Both the position numbers and the translations under genes were made by a program. The notes under the pieces are model-generated. The model did not search any database and was not told where the DNA came from. It was given only the letters and a program-made list of their open reading frames with translations. From Takakia lepidozioides (lineage: Eukaryota > Plantae > Bryophyta), in NCBI GenBank assembly GCA_030704615.1, contig CM060733.1, positions 14,942,001-15,006,000 of the forward strand: a stretch of 64,000 nucleotides of DNA, read 5' to 3'. Positions 62,821-64,000 of this stretch are shown here, piece after piece (the first letter of the stretch is position 1; every line of letters begins with the position of its first letter).

Positions 62821-64000
62821 TTTACTCCTCCACAAGACCCTCGCTCACTTTGGGCCTAGTGGAAATTCCCTTTGGTTGTTGGCAGTCTGGAACAGCTCCC
62901 CATACCTTGGTCGCTTTCCGGCTCGCACGCTTACTCACTAGTTTTTGGTTACCAACGGGCTTACACCGTTCTCGGGGTTACTACTCCCTATATATACTTC
63001 TGTGACTCTCCGCGGGGGGTTCACAAACAACACCGTTCTTTTATGGCGAACCACCACGAAGACCCTTGACTCCTGGTGATGAGTAGCGGTGAATCTTGGC
63101 CCACCCACCAGGGCTCCAATGGACCGTGATGAGTCCCAAGACTCCCCACGACTCCCACCACAAGGTCTCCGCCCCATGGTGAGTCCTATGCTACCCCCAC
63201 TAAGACCCACGAAGCTACCACCACCCCTCATGGAACCACCCCCACCGCAACCCGGTGTGCGGGGCTCCACCTAGTGAGTGTCTCTGCCTCCTTGAGTGCC
63301 TTGGGCACTCAAGGGTGTTTCAGCCCCCATACCTATTGTTGCCACTGTCCCCACCACAAAGGCAGCCCTTCTTGTGTCCCGACCCCCTGCCCTCAAAGCA
63401 AAAGGCCGCGACGGGGGCTTTCCTTGAAGACCTCCACTTGTACATAAACACCACTACAAGGACTTTCTTTGTAATACCTGCAACACTTTGTAACACAAGA
63501 GCTATCTACCAAGCTCTCTTTCCACACACAAGTGCTAACTATGCTAACACCTTGCACTCATAGATATAAACATATCTTCTTCTAGTGATACGAAAATGGT
63601 GAAAAGATGTGAACCCACTCTATCACGTTATATAAGTCAAGCCAATAACACCTTTGCTAAAAGAATCCACCGTACAACCACTCTTCATCTGAAGTACTAG
63701 AGCTATGGCGGCGAGAGAGGCAGCGGGAGGCTCAACTAGAAGAAGACGAGTCTTCATGCACATCACGTGGAAATACGCCTCTCCACATCCCAAGTAAGGT
63801 TCGTCACTTCACTTGGCACCTGAAACCAAATGAAGTCCCAATGCCAATAAAATACAAATATAAATGTATAAAGTCCTAATTAGCTAGAAATAATTATTTC
63901 TAACTAATCACAAATAAAACCATCAGTGTGACATGTGACGCTCTTTTCTACAAAAATTCTATCTTTTGCTATGTAAAATGTTTAAACTGTTTATATTTAT

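Noticed and set aside
63452-63461. CACTACAAG as a second CACTA terminus
   Set aside because: No subterminal repeats, and its position and orientation do not pair with the terminus at 51332.

Overview
Eukaryotic, intron-rich and transposon-dense DNA from a land plant. Tcn1-like chromovirus, PLS/E/DYW PPR remnants and piggyBac suggest a non-seed plant; this is inference. Two genes look intact: an MS5/POLLENLESS3-like TPR gene (15577-19232, +) with a cluster of MSA-like AACGG cores upstream, and a six-exon chloroplast inner-envelope COR413 gene (45341-42033, -) with ABRE/G-box motifs upstream. The window is dominated by a heavily rearranged COR413 duplication cluster of four copies. Copy 1 has lost its transit-peptide exon but exons 2-6 are still open, and it carries a 5.4-kb LINE in intron 4. 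Copy 2 is a pseudogene forming a ~3-kb inverted repeat with the intact copy 3. Copy 4 is an exon-2 fragment. Also present: a catalase pseudogene whose 97-bp exon 2 is inverted and whose exon 3 is split by a fold-back insert; a decayed piggyBac with a GGGG-TTAA terminus; two gag-only Copia-type elements; a deleted Copia; a chromovirus whose pol is replaced by PPR-containing host DNA ending in a CACTA terminus; hAT and TA-TSD MITEs; and DUF7081-like, PPR, F-box and methyltransferase pseudogene fragments. All calls come from manual reading and motif recognition; no database searches were run.
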